Shown: piece after piece, positions 1 through 10,153 of the stretch
Position numbering within the stretch: position 1 is the first letter of the stretch
Layout: each line of letters begins with the position of its first letter
From: an uncultured delta proteobacterium
Lineage (GTDB): Bacteria; Desulfobacterota; Binatia; JACPRU01
Direction of reading: 5' to 3'
DNA: 64,000 nucleotides
Assembly: GCA_963745025.1 (NCBI GenBank)
Contig: CAVUWD010000008.1
Location: 96,001 to 160,000, forward strand
Made by a program: the position numbers and the translations under genes
Notes under the pieces: model-generated
Seen by the model: only the letters and a program-made list of their open reading frames with translations
Database searches by the model: none
What the model was told of the DNA's origin: nothing

Positions 1-228
1 GTCTCGCGGCGGCGGCGAGCGCTGCCGCGGTCGCCGCCGCCCCGCGCATCTCCCCTAGGATTTACACGCTCCAGTCCGCGCAGAATCTACAGGTCGCGTG
101 CAATGGCGACGACGACCCCTCTGACGACTCGGGCTCCGGCGACTCGCAATCGGTCGACTCCGAGGCGTAGCGTGCAACCTCCAGTGCCAGCTCGGTGTTT
201 AAAAGAGCGGTACCCGTTGATGCCAGCG

Positions 229-644
229 ATGAAACGAACCATCTCGCGCGCCCTCGGCCTGCTTCTCGTGGCCGCCTGTCTCCTCGCCGCAGCGCACACC
301 GCTTCGTTCGCCCTTTGGCCGAACGACTTGCGCCAGCCGTCCCTCTACATCATCGAGGGCTATCTCGATCGCGCGCCGCAGGACGCTAAGATCCAGGACC
401 GAATCGACATCACCGCGCACGGTCGGTCACGCGCTATGGGACGCCCGGCGAAACCGGGCTCGATCGCTACCTTTCGCGCGTGATGGCGCAGCCGTTCGCC
501 ATCGAAGGGACGTCCGAGGAGGTCGACCGCCTCGCGGATGCGCCGCCAGGAACGAAGATCGCCGGCATGTTCGCCGCGTACACGCACGGGTCGCCCTGGC
601 TGCTGATCACGGATCTCACCGCTCCTGCTCCGGGGGAGTCGTGA
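229..644 (+). pseudogene. Secreted hypothetical protein, frameshifted near 430
   Basis: Signal-peptide-like MKRTISRALGLLLVAACLL; coding-like sequence continues in another frame (YGTPGETGLDRYLSRVMAQPF...) to TGA 644. Confidence 0.5.
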
Positions 645-1096
645 GGCAGAGCGAGAAGTCAAAGCCGAAGAGATCGAGGCGAAGCTGCGTGACGGCGCCG
701 AGCTTCACCGCGCCTTGCCCGATGTGCTTGGCGGCTGCCCCCCGCGGCTCATGCCCGACGGCGCGGGTGGGGGCAATGACCGAGCTTTGCAACGCCGAAA
801 GGAGCGAAGCGAATCCAACGGAACGCGCCAAATTAGTTCACAGAACTTGTGGAACAGGACACTGGGGCGAGTCCCGCGTTCGGCGCCCGAACGTCCAGTT
901 TTCGCGATTCGAATCGGCTGCTGAATTCAGCACCACTCTGCCGATTTCAGCAGGCGACGCAGACTGCGATGCCGCACCACGTCGAAGGTTGTTGGAGGAA
1001 AGGGAGCTTGGCGCAAAATTTGCTGCCCACCAAAGTAAACCTTCACGCGAAACGGTCCGCGACCGAATCCGTGACCTCGAACGAGAGAATTTGGCC

Positions 1097-1372
1097 ATGA
1101 GCCTCGCCGCAGCGATCCACAGGAGCGATGAAGCGCGCCTCGAGTTCGAGAACCGCGTTTGCTCGTACGGCGACACCGTGTGGTTCGCGCCAACGGCGCG
1201 CGCCGCCGAGGCTCGACAGTGGTTTGTTGATGGCTACTGGCAATGCCCGTTCGCATTTCGAAGCGTTTGCGATCTCCTCGTGCTCGACGCCGAGACCTTG
1301 CTTTTGCCCGTGCTGGACGAGCTCCGCAGCACGCACCGCACACGTCGGCCCTTGGCGAATCGCCCGGGCTGA
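1097..1372 (+). CDS. Hypothetical protein, possibly degenerate
   Basis: EARQWF...WQCPFAFRSVCDLL recalls a small uncharacterised family (W-x-PFSF-xx-IC-xx-L); recognised from memory only. Confidence 0.35.
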   Translation: MSLAAAIHRSDEARLEFENRVCSYGDTVWFAPTARAAEARQWFVDGYWQCPFAFRSVCDLLVLDAETLLLPVLDELRSTHRTRRPLANRPG

Positions 1373-1392
1373 TATCCGAAAGGGATAGTGAG

Positions 1393-1929
1393 ATGACGAA
1401 GACGACTGCCGCCACATCGAAGCTGGCCCCCTACGTAGAGATCATTCTCGGGCTTGTCATTGTCGGAGTCGTCACGCTGTGGGTGAGCGCGGCACATGCC
1501 GAATCGACGGAGCGGCAGCCGCTCCTGATGCCCGTTCTCGTCGGCGACGGCCCCGGTATGCTGATCCCGGTCATCGTCAAAACCGCCGAGCTGACGGAGG
1601 AGCAAGACGCGGCTGTTACCCAGCTGATGGAGAAGGAAAACCCGCCGATGCGCGAGCTTCTGAACGCTCTACAGACCGCCAGTGTCGAGCTCGCCGAGAA
1701 GACCTTCGAGGCCAAGTCTCCGCGACCGACGGACACAGCGCCGCTCCTGCGGCGGATTTCGGAGATCCGGGGGCAACTCATGCAGCGAGAGATGGCGACG
1801 CTGCTGCGCATCCGCGCGCTCTTGAAGCCCGAGCAGCTCGCCAACATAGAGAAGGTGAACGCGGCCGTGATGCAAGAGTCTCGCCGACCGGGACCCTCGC
1901 CCCTCGACCCCGCCATGCCCATCGAGTGA
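1393..1929 (+). CDS. Spy/CpxP-like periplasmic (heavy-metal sensor type) protein
   Basis: Hydrophobic N-terminus; LTEEQ and LKPEQ (LTxxQ) motifs. Confidence 0.7.
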   Translation: MTKTTAATSKLAPYVEIILGLVIVGVVTLWVSAAHAESTERQPLLMPVLVGDGPGMLIPVIVKTAELTEEQDAAVTQLMEKENPPMRELLNALQTASVELAEKTFEAKSPRPTDTAPLLRRISEIRGQLMQREMATLLRIRALLKPEQLANIEKVNAAVMQESRRPGPSPLDPAMPIE

Positions 1930-2454
1930 CGGGATCCTCAGGAGAAAGATGGAGACGGGGCAGATGACGGCTCGAATCCGCGTGCTGATCGACGAGGGAG
2001 TGTACTTCACGCCTCCTCCAGGGATGTAGGTCGTCGCTGGGACAGAGTTCTGAGATCTCACGGAGCTTGTCTTGCTCGTTACGGATCGAGCGCCGGAGGC
2101 GAACCTTCAAGACCCGACTCCGCATTTCGACACTCATGACCTCCGGTATCCGTCATGCGGTCCGGTTTATTTGCCGCGAGTTGGTGCGGGTCGTGTCTGT
2201 CAAGTGGTGGAAAAGTGCAGAACATCATTGTTCGGCGAATTGATCAGTTGATCTTCAGTGGTCCTATGCAGCCTTGTCACGTGGCGTGACGGCGGGCATG
2301 TCCTGCCAGCCAACGATCCGACGAAGTACGACTTGGCCATTGCGCAGCAAGCCGAGGAGCAATAGCAGCACGGCGTCCTCGCCCGGAAGCGATGCCTGCG
2401 TCTTGGTCCGTCGTCGAAACTCCTCGTTGATCCGCTCCAGCGCTCACCAAGCGG

Positions 2455-2510
2455 TGCCTCATCAGCCGGCGGTGCTGTTCCTGGACGAGCCGACGATCGG
2501 TATTGAATGC
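2455..2510 (+). pseudogene. ABC ATPase Walker B fragment
   Basis: Isolated HQPAVLFLDEPTIG peptide. Confidence 0.55.
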
Positions 2511-2595
2511 GGACATATAGGCTAGAGTCAGCCTTCGTGACCTGCGCCGGCGAGGCTGAGAGTCCAGGAGGGTTTCGAAGGGCTTCGGCCGAACG

Positions 2596-3771
2596 ATGAC
2601 CTACGCCGCCGATCTGCGCACGGACCGGCCCGGAAGCCTGCTTCCGCCGTTGGCGCTCTCCATTCTCGTTCACGTGCTCTTTGCACTTCTGTTCGTAGCC
2701 GCATCGCTACGCGTTCCGCAGCCCGCTTCCTCGCCGTTCGAGGTCGAGATTCTGCAGCCGGAGGACGCCGCTCGCGCGAGATCGAAGCCGCGAAGCCAGC
2801 AGGCCCAAGCGGCTGCGCCGTCAGTCGAGCCGCGGGTCGCGCCGCCGAAGACTCAGATCGTAAGCCCGCCCGACAGTCCCGAGCAGACCCCTGACAAAGC
2901 GCGGCTGCTCAGCGATCGCGACAGCCGCGCCGCCGAAGAGATGATCAAGCGCGGCGAGCCGGCCCCTCCCGCGAAGCCCCCGCAGGATGCCGCCAGGCCC
3001 GAGAACGCCAAGCAAGCAACCGCCGACCAGCCGGCGACGAAATCCAAGGGTGATACCCAAGGAGCCGAACGCGCCGCGGCGCTCGCCAAGTCCGACGCTC
3101 GAGCTCGAGAACTGACGACGCACACGGCTCCGCTCGTCGGACTGAGCGACCTCTTCATCCGCCCTTCGGAGCTGGCGCGCGATCCTGCCTTGCGCAAAGG
3201 GGAGTCGGGCGACGGCGATAAGACGGCGGAAGGCGGCAAGCGCGACCTCGCGTCGCTCAGCCGGCCCGACCTCTGGGCAGATCCTGGCCCGCGCGGCTCC
3301 GCCGACTATCTGCCCGACGTTCGTGGGGGCAACTTCACGCTGCTCAATACCAAGGCGGATCGCTTCGCGCCGTTTGTGCGCCGCGTCGGCATGCGTGTGT
3401 TCCAGAGCTTCAGCATGGCGTTCAAGCGGGAGATCTATGCGGGGACGGTGCCGCAAGGTAGAGAGAACGTCGAGATCGAAGCGGTCATGAGCCGCGACGG
3501 CAAGCGCGTAGACGTCTACCTAAAGCAGCACAGCGGCAATCTCTCCGCCGATCGCACGCTGCTCGGGACGCTGAACGACCAGAGCTTCTTCGACGAGAAT
3601 CCACCGGCCGAGGCCGTGGCCGGGGATGGCCGCATTCACTTCGTCTTCGCGCTCGACGCGGAGGTTTTGTCCCGGCGCGACGGCCGAGAAGGAGGAGGGC
3701 GAGAAGGAGGAAGGCGAGGAGGAGGAAGGCAGCCGGACGCGCAGTGGGTATTGGGTGCGGGGCTGCTCTAG
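2596..3771 (+). CDS. TonB/TolA-like membrane-anchored protein
   Basis: N-terminal TM helix with SxxxH (LSILVHVLF), Pro/Ala-rich linker, globular C-terminus. Confidence 0.65.
   Translation: MTYAADLRTDRPGSLLPPLALSILVHVLFALLFVAASLRVPQPASSPFEVEILQPEDAARARSKPRSQQAQAAAPSVEPRVAPPKTQIVSPPDSPEQTPDKARLLSDRDSRAAEEMIKRGEPAPPAKPPQDAARPENAKQATADQPATKSKGDTQGAERAAALAKSDARARELTTHTAPLVGLSDLFIRPSELARDPALRKGESGDGDKTAEGGKRDLASLSRPDLWADPGPRGSADYLPDVRGGNFTLLNTKADRFAPFVRRVGMRVFQSFSMAFKREIYAGTVPQGRENVEIEAVMSRDGKRVDVYLKQHSGNLSADRTLLGTLNDQSFFDENPPAEAVAGDGRIHFVFALDAEVLSRRDGREGGGREGGRRGGGRQPDAQWVLGAGLL
3682..3730 (+). repeat. 15-bp tandem repeat x3 (GREGG/GREGG/RRGGG)
   Basis: ggccgagaaggagga gggcgagaaggagga aggcgaggaggagga. 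Confidence 0.75.
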
Positions 3772-3811
3772 ACCCTATGGAACGACCTACCAAATCACCT
3801 CCGAATTACGT

Positions 3812-3916
3812 CGAACCAGTAGCACCCACGCTCACTCGAAATCCTCGTCCGTTGGCGGAGTTGGTTGTTCCTGGTTCGGCTCCGTCGGGTCCTGTAGAGA
3901 ATTCGTGATCAGCAGG
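3812..3916 (+). repeat. att-associated repeat copy 1, ending in a truncated tRNA-Thr(CGT) fragment
   Basis: Similar to 45381-45510 and 53551-53721; ends attcgtgatcagcagg. Confidence 0.7.
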
Positions 3917-4036
3917 GCGCGCCAACCTGAACGGGACTCCAAGTGGAGTTTGGACGCCGGCGTTCAAACTGGTGTTGAAACATGCTGAATCAAGCGGAAA
4001 CCGGCCGAGTTAACTTCGCGATTTCACGAGATGGCG

Positions 4037-4058
4037 ACGGGTTCGAATCCCGTCGGGG
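4037..4058 (+). other. tRNA-Glu-like 3' fragment (att relic)
   Basis: acgggttcgaatcccgtcgggg T-arm; no 5' half. Confidence 0.55.
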
Positions 4059-4175
4059 GGCCCAGCCTGCGTGTCGTCGCGCGGGGCCGTGGAGAGATCA
4101 GCTACATAAATGGGAGTCGTCATGCCGCGGTCTTGATCCGGCGGATCAAAAAGAAGCTCGGTGCGCAGACGTGTA

Positions 4176-4272
4176 AAATCCCGTCGGGGACGTGAACCCT
4201 CTCCGCAGGGCTGCCGCAACTAGGATACCACCTCTGCGGCAGCCAGCTCGACGACTTTCCCCGAACGCTGCC
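4176..4272 (+). repeat. tRNA-Glu-like 3' fragment plus integrase 3' end, duplicated at 13264-13360
   Basis: aaatcccgtcggggacgtgaacc...gcagggctgccgcaactaggataccacctctgcgg shared. Confidence 0.8.
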
Positions 4273-5428
4273 TTTGATCGTTCCTGAGGATGTCTCGAAG
4301 CCGCAGATCCCATCTCAGGAGAGCATCTTCCTTATCCGAGTCGTACGAGTGCCGGTCGTAGACGGCCGTGACGTCGCGCTCGGCATGATTCAGGATCTTG
4401 CCCACGACGAGCCTCGAGATGCCGATCCCTGTCATGTGGCTCGCCGCCGTGCGGCGCAGATCGTGGAAGCGAAACTCGATCCCCGTTCGCTGACGAAGGC
4501 GCCGCATCGGCTTTTGTAGGTTCGCAATGGGCTCCTCCTTGGAGCCCGGAAAAACGTACGCCGACCCCTCGGACTGTCCCCTGAGTCTTCGGAGAAGATC
4601 GAGGGCTTGCGGAACGAGCGGCACCCGATGCGACATCTTGTTCTTCGCGCGCTCAGCCGGGATAGTCCACCAGCCTGCGTCGAGATCGAGTTCATCCCAT
4701 CGCATCCCGAGCACTTCGCCTCGTCGCTGCGCCGTCAAAAGGGCGAGCTTCAGTGTAGCTGCGATCTGCAGGCGCTCGTGATCGAGCGCCCCCCATACCT
4801 GTCGGATCTCTTCCTCGGTCAGGACGCGGTCCCGCCGCCGCTCCTCACCCGAAATTGGTACGTTGTGGATGGGGTTGTATTCGACGACGCCCCGCTGAAT
4901 GCCGAAGTTGAAGATCTTGCTAGCGAGGGCACGGGTCCGGTTCGCCATGATCCCCGATCCGCGCCCCGCGATCTCGTCGAGCATTGCGATCACGTGCTTC
5001 CGCTTGATCTCGATCGCCTTCCAGTTCTTCCACCGCGGCAGCAGCTCCCGGTTCATCGTCCGCTCGTCTTCGCGCCAGCTCCTCTTCAGAACCTTGGCGT
5101 GCTTCTCGAGGTAGAGTTCAGCCAGCTGGCCGAAAGATTCCGCTCTTCGCTGAGCCTGCTTCTCTCCGGCGGGATCCGCGCCGTGAGCGGCGTCACGCAA
5201 TGCAGCTCGAGCGAGCCGGCGAGCGTCGGCAAGGCTGAGGGTAGGGTAGGCGCCGAGGGTCATTCTTCGGAGCCGGCCGTTGTGCCGATAGATTGTAACC
5301 CAGGACTTCTGTCCTGCCGCGGAGACGCGAAGGCCAAAGCCTGAAGCGTGGGTATCCCAGTAATCGATTTGCCCCTGGTGGGGCGGTTTGACGGAGTCGA
5401 CGAACAGCTTGGTCAGGGGGACGCGCAT
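4220..5428 (-). CDS. P4-like tyrosine recombinase/integrase
   Basis: Arm-binding N-terminus (YWD...GFGLRV...G-KSW...TLG-YP-LSLADAR), TAQRRGE, HDLRRT, LNH, VY catalytic motifs. Confidence 0.95.
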   Translation of the reverse strand: MRVPLTKLFVDSVKPPHQGQIDYWDTHASGFGLRVSAAGQKSWVTIYRHNGRLRRMTLGAYPTLSLADARRLARAALRDAAHGADPAGEKQAQRRAESFGQLAELYLEKHAKVLKRSWREDERTMNRELLPRWKNWKAIEIKRKHVIAMLDEIAGRGSGIMANRTRALASKIFNFGIQRGVVEYNPIHNVPISGEERRRDRVLTEEEIRQVWGALDHERLQIAATLKLALLTAQRRGEVLGMRWDELDLDAGWWTIPAERAKNKMSHRVPLVPQALDLLRRLRGQSEGSAYVFPGSKEEPIANLQKPMRRLRQRTGIEFRFHDLRRTAASHMTGIGISRLVVGKILNHAERDVTAVYDRHSYDSDKEDALLRWDLRLRDILRNDQRQRSGKVVELAAAEVVS

Positions 5429-5460
5429 AGGATCTCCGAAGTCGTTGCCTGGCGTTTCCA

Positions 5461-5480
5461 GGTAACACATAGGTAACAAA
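5461..5480 (+). repeat. Integrase arm-type direct repeat (GGTAACA x2, 11-bp period)
   Basis: ggtaacacataggtaacaaa between integrase start and tRNA fragment. Confidence 0.55.
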
Positions 5481-5607
5481 ATCGCGAGGACTTTGCGGTG
5501 AGCTGCGAGCTGTCGTGAAACAAAAAACACTCAGTAATTCCATATGCTAGCAGGGAACAACCAGTTCAGGATGTTTCAGGAGAAGTCGTAATTATCCTGG
5601 GATCACA

Positions 5608-5652
5608 GATTCGTAATCAGCAGGTCGCCGGTTCGATTCCGGCGGGTGGCTC
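5608..5652 (+). other. tRNA-Thr(CGT) 3' half, att core
   Basis: gattCGTaatcagcaggtcgccggttcgattccggcgggtggctc: anticodon loop, T-arm, acceptor 3' strand; no 5' half. Confidence 0.85.
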
Positions 5653-5690
5653 TTTTATTCCAACTAGTTACGCGGTGCCTGCTCTCATCC

Positions 5691-5710
5691 GTGTGCCACA
5701 CGTGTGCCAT
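5691..5710 (+). repeat. Integrase arm-type direct repeat (GTGTGCCA x2)
   Basis: gtgtgccacacgtgtgccat; near-identical at 54380-54399. Confidence 0.7.
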
Positions 5711-6033
5711 TGGGTCTACCGAGGGAATCGCGAACGGAGCGGGTCGGCACGCTGTCGAGTTTCATTGGGGAGGCGCGGCGCCTCGGCCTCGGCGTGGGTA
5801 GCCCAGCCCATGGGCTGTGACGTGGCGACTAAAATTATCAAGCAGCTGCGGAATCGCGTTGCGCCCGCGCTATCCGGCGGCCCCTGCCGGATGACGCGCT
5901 AACGAGCGCTGGTCAGGTGCAGGGTTATTGAGGGATTGCAGCGGGGTGGGCGCGGTGTGGGGGAATCGATGCCACTTTATCGGGTGTGATAAACGATGGG
6001 TTCGGGCAGGGTGGATTTGCAGGTCAATACGTA

Positions 6034-6040
6034 GTTGGGC
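6034..6040 (+). other. Integron core site GTTRRRY (cassette start; possible attI relic)
   Basis: GTTGGGC is the exact reverse complement of R'' GCCCAAC at 6886-6892. Confidence 0.5.
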
Positions 6041-6153
6041 GGACGCACATCTGGAGGCGCTAGGCAGGAGGAGCGGCAAACGAGGACCGGTGATTGAGTA
6101 CAGATGCTCCTCACCCAACTGATGACAAGACGCTGTTTGCAGAGGTGATCGAG

Positions 6154-6843
6154 ATGGCGACGTTCGTTCTCGTCCACGGTGCGTTCGGCAGCCCCGCCGA
6201 GTTGGCGCCGGTGATTCCCTTGCTCGAGGCGCTCGGTCACCGTGCCATCGCCGTCGACCTGCCGTGCGCGGACCCGGCGGCGACACTTGACGACTACGCC
6301 CGGACGGTGGTCGAGGCGATGGCCGGGATCGAAGGGCCGGTCGTGGTCGTCGGCCATTCGGCGGGCGGCGCGACGATCTCGCTCGTGCCCGGCCGGACCC
6401 GCGTCGACCGCCTGGTCTACGTGACGGCGGTCGTTCCCGAGCCGGGGCGCTCGATCGCAGACGTCGTTGGCGCCGACGTTCGCGAGACGATGCTGTCGGT
6501 CTCACATGACGACGGCAACGGCTGCCGGTCGTTTGACCTGGAGATGCTGGCCTCGCTCGCGCCACCGGAGGAGCGGGAGGCGTATCTTGCCTTCCTCAGA
6601 GCCACGCAGCGCCCCCAGGGCTGGGCAGCGTTGGAACAGCCCTGGCCCGGCCGGTCACTTCCCGACGTGCCCCGCACCTACGTGCTCTGCACGGAGGACA
6701 AGATTATACCGCCCGCGAAACAGCGCGAGATGGCGGCGCGCCTGGGCGTGGAGCCCATCGAGATCGCCTCCGAACATGCGGTCTTCGCCCTCCAGCCCCG
6801 CGAGCTCGCCGCGGTGTTAGCGGCGCAGGGCCGATCCACGTGA
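6154..6843 (+). CDS. Alpha/beta fold hydrolase
   Basis: FVLVHG, GHSAGG nucleophile, TEDKII, SEH. Confidence 0.9.
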   Translation: MATFVLVHGAFGSPAELAPVIPLLEALGHRAIAVDLPCADPAATLDDYARTVVEAMAGIEGPVVVVGHSAGGATISLVPGRTRVDRLVYVTAVVPEPGRSIADVVGADVRETMLSVSHDDGNGCRSFDLEMLASLAPPEEREAYLAFLRATQRPQGWAALEQPWPGRSLPDVPRTYVLCTEDKIIPPAKQREMAARLGVEPIEIASEHAVFALQPRELAAVLAAQGRST

Positions 6844-6885
6844 GCTCCCAGGATTCGGAAGCTCAAGCACTGCACGTGAGGCGCT

Positions 6886-6946
6886 GCCCAACCCGGCGAT
6901 GCAGCGGACCGGTTTCGCCGGCCGCTGATCACCTAGGCCGTTAGAT
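6886..6946 (+). other. Integron attC site (61 bp)
   Basis: R'' GCCCAAC, R' GTTAGAT; stem gat(g)cagcgg(a)ccgg/ccggccgctgatc with two extrahelical bases. Confidence 0.88.
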
Positions 6947-7181
6947 GGCGCAAAGAAGAAGACTGATCGCCACGCTGCGATGGATTGTTGAACGGCTCGT
7001 AACGCTCGCCATCGCCGTTCCAATTCAGCTCGGCGCGTTGCTGGTCTGGGCGATTGTCGTGGGCAGGCTCCAAGACGCGGTGGCCGGTGTCCTCGGTCAT
7101 CCCGTTCTCGATCCTGACGACGAGTTCACAACGAGGGTCACTTTGCGAGCGGCGCCATCTCCTAAGAAACAACGACAGTAG
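6945..7181 (+). CDS. Small membrane protein gene cassette; 3' end altered by IS110 insertion
   Basis: Starts in R' (gttagATG); gttagatggcgc complements reconstructed gcgccatctaac. Confidence 0.6.
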   Translation: MAQRRRLIATLRWIVERLVTLAIAVPIQLGALLVWAIVVGRLQDAVAGVLGHPVLDPDDEFTTRVTLRAAPSPKKQRQ

Positions 7182-8483
7182 GGGTTTGTAATTGCACGAG
7201 TTGGAAGCCGAGAGAGGCGGCGCGCTTGGAGAGAGAGCGGACGGTGCGCTCGCGGAATTTGAGTTCGTAGTAATCGATGCCGAGATCTTTGTAGGGTTGG
7301 CGGTGCTTCCACATTCGGTAGAAGATGCGCGAGAGCTTGTGGGCGGTGGCGGTGATGGCCTTGGGGGGCCCGAGTCGGGCGCGCATGCGGCGATGAAAGG
7401 CACCCAGAGCGGTGTGGCTGTTGCCGGCAGACTGAGCGGCTCGGCGTAAGGCAGTGGCCACACGGTTGGAGGCTTTTCGGGTCTTGGAGCTTTTCACTTC
7501 TCCTCCGGTGACACGGTTGTCGGGGCACAGCGCAAGCCAGGAGGCGAAGTGCTTCTCGGAGGGAAACTTCGAGGGATCGAGGCCGACCTCGGAAAGGATG
7601 GTCTGCACGGTGAGGGCATCGAACCCCGTGATGGCGGTGAAGTCGACGCCTGAGATTCGATAGAGGTGGGTGCGCAGGTCGAAGCCAGCCTCGTTGCGCT
7701 GGGGCTTGCGGTGGGTGGCCTTGGGTTGTCCCAGGGGCGTGAGAGCAGGGTCGACTTGGGTGTCGAAGCCGCCCAGGCATTGCTCGATCCGCAGGTCGCA
7801 GTCGGCAATCATGCTGCGGTAGGTGTCATAGAGCGAGAGGCATTGCTCAAGTGCGAAGAGGTGCTCGGGTCGGTAGTCGCCCTGGAGGGATTGGGCGATG
7901 CGCTCGGAGGTGCTCTTGATGCGATGATCGCGCATCGCGGCCAGAAGCTGTGGATCTCGCTCACCGGCGAGGATGGAGCGAATGATTCTCATGCCGCTGA
8001 CGCCGGTGATGTCACTGATGACCTTGTGAAGCTGGATGTTCATCTGGGTCAGGGCCTTCTGCATGCGCTGCACGTGAGCGGCCGCGTCGCGGATGAGAGT
8101 ATCGCGCTGGCGGATGTAGCTGCGCAGCACGCAGGTCTGATCGTCGGGACGAAACGATCCCGAGAGTAGACCAAAGGTGTGCAGCTGCTGGAGCCACTGG
8201 CAGTCCTGGATGTCGCTCTTTCTGCCGGGCAGGTTTTTGACGTGGCGGGCGTTGACGAGCTTGACCTCTCCTAAACGGGATAACCCTCCGTGCGAGGGAG
8301 GGCTTCACCAATGAAACAACCGCAAGCCCCCCGGAACCATGCTAACCCACGGGCGCGAAGGCACCATTGGCGCTACGGTCTTAGCTACCCGAGCACATCC
8401 CGGTGTACTCGACGCACACCGGCGCAGCAAAGACACTCAGGTTTCTTCCATCAACAACACCGCGCCTCGCGCGGGGTCAAATG
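7161..8483 (-). mobile_element. IS110-family element copy 1, with 366-bp internal deletion
   Basis: Near-identical to 60014-61702; flanked by CT at 7159-7160 and 8484-8485; lacks transposase N-terminus. Confidence 0.93.
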
Positions 8484-8531
8484 CTAACAAGGCGCACAAC
8501 CTGCTCGCTGCGCGCTCCGCTCCGTTTCGCT

Positions 8532-8567
8532 TGCGGGCTCCGCGCGAGGGCGGCCTCGCGCGGAGCC
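8532..8567. repeat. GC-rich hairpin (REP/terminator-like)
   Basis: ggctccgcgcgagg gcgg cctcgcgcggagcc. Confidence 0.55.
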
Positions 8568-8671
8568 GTCTGCCGGCCCATGAGCGGTGAGCCGGATGCT
8601 GCAAGGCCGAGCGATAGCCGCCCCGAGCGAGGTCGCAAGCGCCGTCGGCGCGCGCAGCCGAGCGTAGTCAA

Positions 8672-9334
8672 TCAGACGCGCCGCCGGCGGGCGCTCGCCT
8701 TGTACTGCGTGAAGCGCTCGGCGTCGCCGGGCCGGAGCGGGTCGCGCCCCGAGAGGAACAGCTCGAGATAGGCCAGGTCGTCGAAGCCCCAGAAGAGCTC
8801 CCCGTCGACCGCGAAGGTCGGCACGCCCCACACCCCGAGGCGCACCGCGGCGTCTGTCGCCTCGCGCAAACGGGCCTTCACCTGGTCGCCGGCGGCCTCC
8901 GCGACGAGCGCGTCGCCGTCCAGCCCGGCCACGCGCGCAGCCTGCGCCACGACCTTCGGATCGCTGATGTCCTGCGACTCCGCCCAGGCGGCGCGGAACA
9001 GCGCGTCGATCAGAAGGCGGCGCGGCTCGCCGGCGGGCGCGGCCCACGTCGCGCGCAGCGCGAGCAGCGGCGGGAACGGGTGCGTGGCCGGCGGCGCAAT
9101 CGGGATCCCGAGCAGCCGCGCCTTGCGCGCGACGTTCAGCATCATCCAGCGCGCCTTCGGCGCGACTTCCGCCGGCCCGAGCTGGCCGTGCGCGTTCAGG
9201 AGCCCCGCGAACAACACCGGCACCGGCTCGATCGCGCGCCCACAGCGCTCCGCGAGCGGGCCGAGCTGCACCCACGCCAGGTATGCATTGTGCGAGATGT
9301 AGTCGAAGTAGAACCGGATCGCTGAGCCGCTCAC
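8672..9334 (-). CDS. 2-hydroxychromene-2-carboxylate isomerase / DsbA family
   Basis: FYFDYISHNAYL, GVWGVPTF-VDGELFWGFD. Confidence 0.9.
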   Translation of the reverse strand: MSGSAIRFYFDYISHNAYLAWVQLGPLAERCGRAIEPVPVLFAGLLNAHGQLGPAEVAPKARWMMLNVARKARLLGIPIAPPATHPFPPLLALRATWAAPAGEPRRLLIDALFRAAWAESQDISDPKVVAQAARVAGLDGDALVAEAAGDQVKARLREATDAAVRLGVWGVPTFAVDGELFWGFDDLAYLELFLSGRDPLRPGDAERFTQYKASARRRRV

Positions 9335-10153
9335 GCGGCGAGTGTACCAGCTCGCAGCGGCTTGAGGTACGATCGGCGCGCGATGAAGTTCGTCTCCGCG
9401 CTCGGGGAGAGTGCGGCCGTCGGTGCGGCACTCGATCAGGTGATGCCCGAGATCGCGCCGAGGCCGCCCTTGAACAGCGCCTCGTCGGCCGCGCGCAGCA
9501 GCGCCTCGGGCGCGATCTCCGACAGACAGGTGAGCAGGCGCAGGAACAGGGCATAGGGTGTGGTCTCGTCCGCGTGCTGCACTACGCCCAGCACGCCGAC
9601 CGGCTCGGCGTCGATCATGTGGCCGACGTAGTCGAGGCCGTCGAGGCGCGCCAGCGGCTGGCCGGTGCTGCCCGAGACGGACAAGGGTCTTAGCCGGGCA
9701 GCGTCCAGGTGATCTCCCGGCCCTTCAGCTCGCGGTAGCGGCGCGCGTGCGCGCGTAAGCTCGCAGGATCTGACATGCCACGCGACAGCCAATCCCGATC
9801 GAGCCGCGCCGCAGCGTCGATTGCGGCCATTGTCGTCGCCTGCAGGGCGCGCTTCGCGAACGCGTAGGCCGGGTAGCAGTCTGGTGGCACGAGAGCAGAC
9901 CAGGTCACCGCGTCATCCAGTAGTCGGCCTGGCGCCGCCGTCTTGCCGACCACACCCATCTTCACGACCGCCGCGAGATCGTACGCCTGACCGAGCAGCG
10001 TCAGCTGCTTGCGTGGCCCGTGGAGCGTCGCCGGCGTCGTCCGCACGAAGGAGCTCTGACGGCCGCCCGTGTGGGGGATTGGGTGGAGACGATCGTCAAG
10101 AAGCGCGGCTTATGCCGAGCTCGGCATAAGCCTGGGCTAAGCGGGCAAAGCCT

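Noticed and set aside
641-1096. N-terminal part of ORF 641-1372 as coding
   Set aside because: No recognisable motifs and atypical composition
4220-5428. Integron integrase IntI serving the nearby attC sites
   Set aside because: Has a P4-type arm-binding N-terminus and no recognisable IntI-specific insertion
5608-5652. Functional tRNA-Thr genes (also 53678, 54319)
   Set aside because: No 5' acceptor strand or D-arm; 3' halves only
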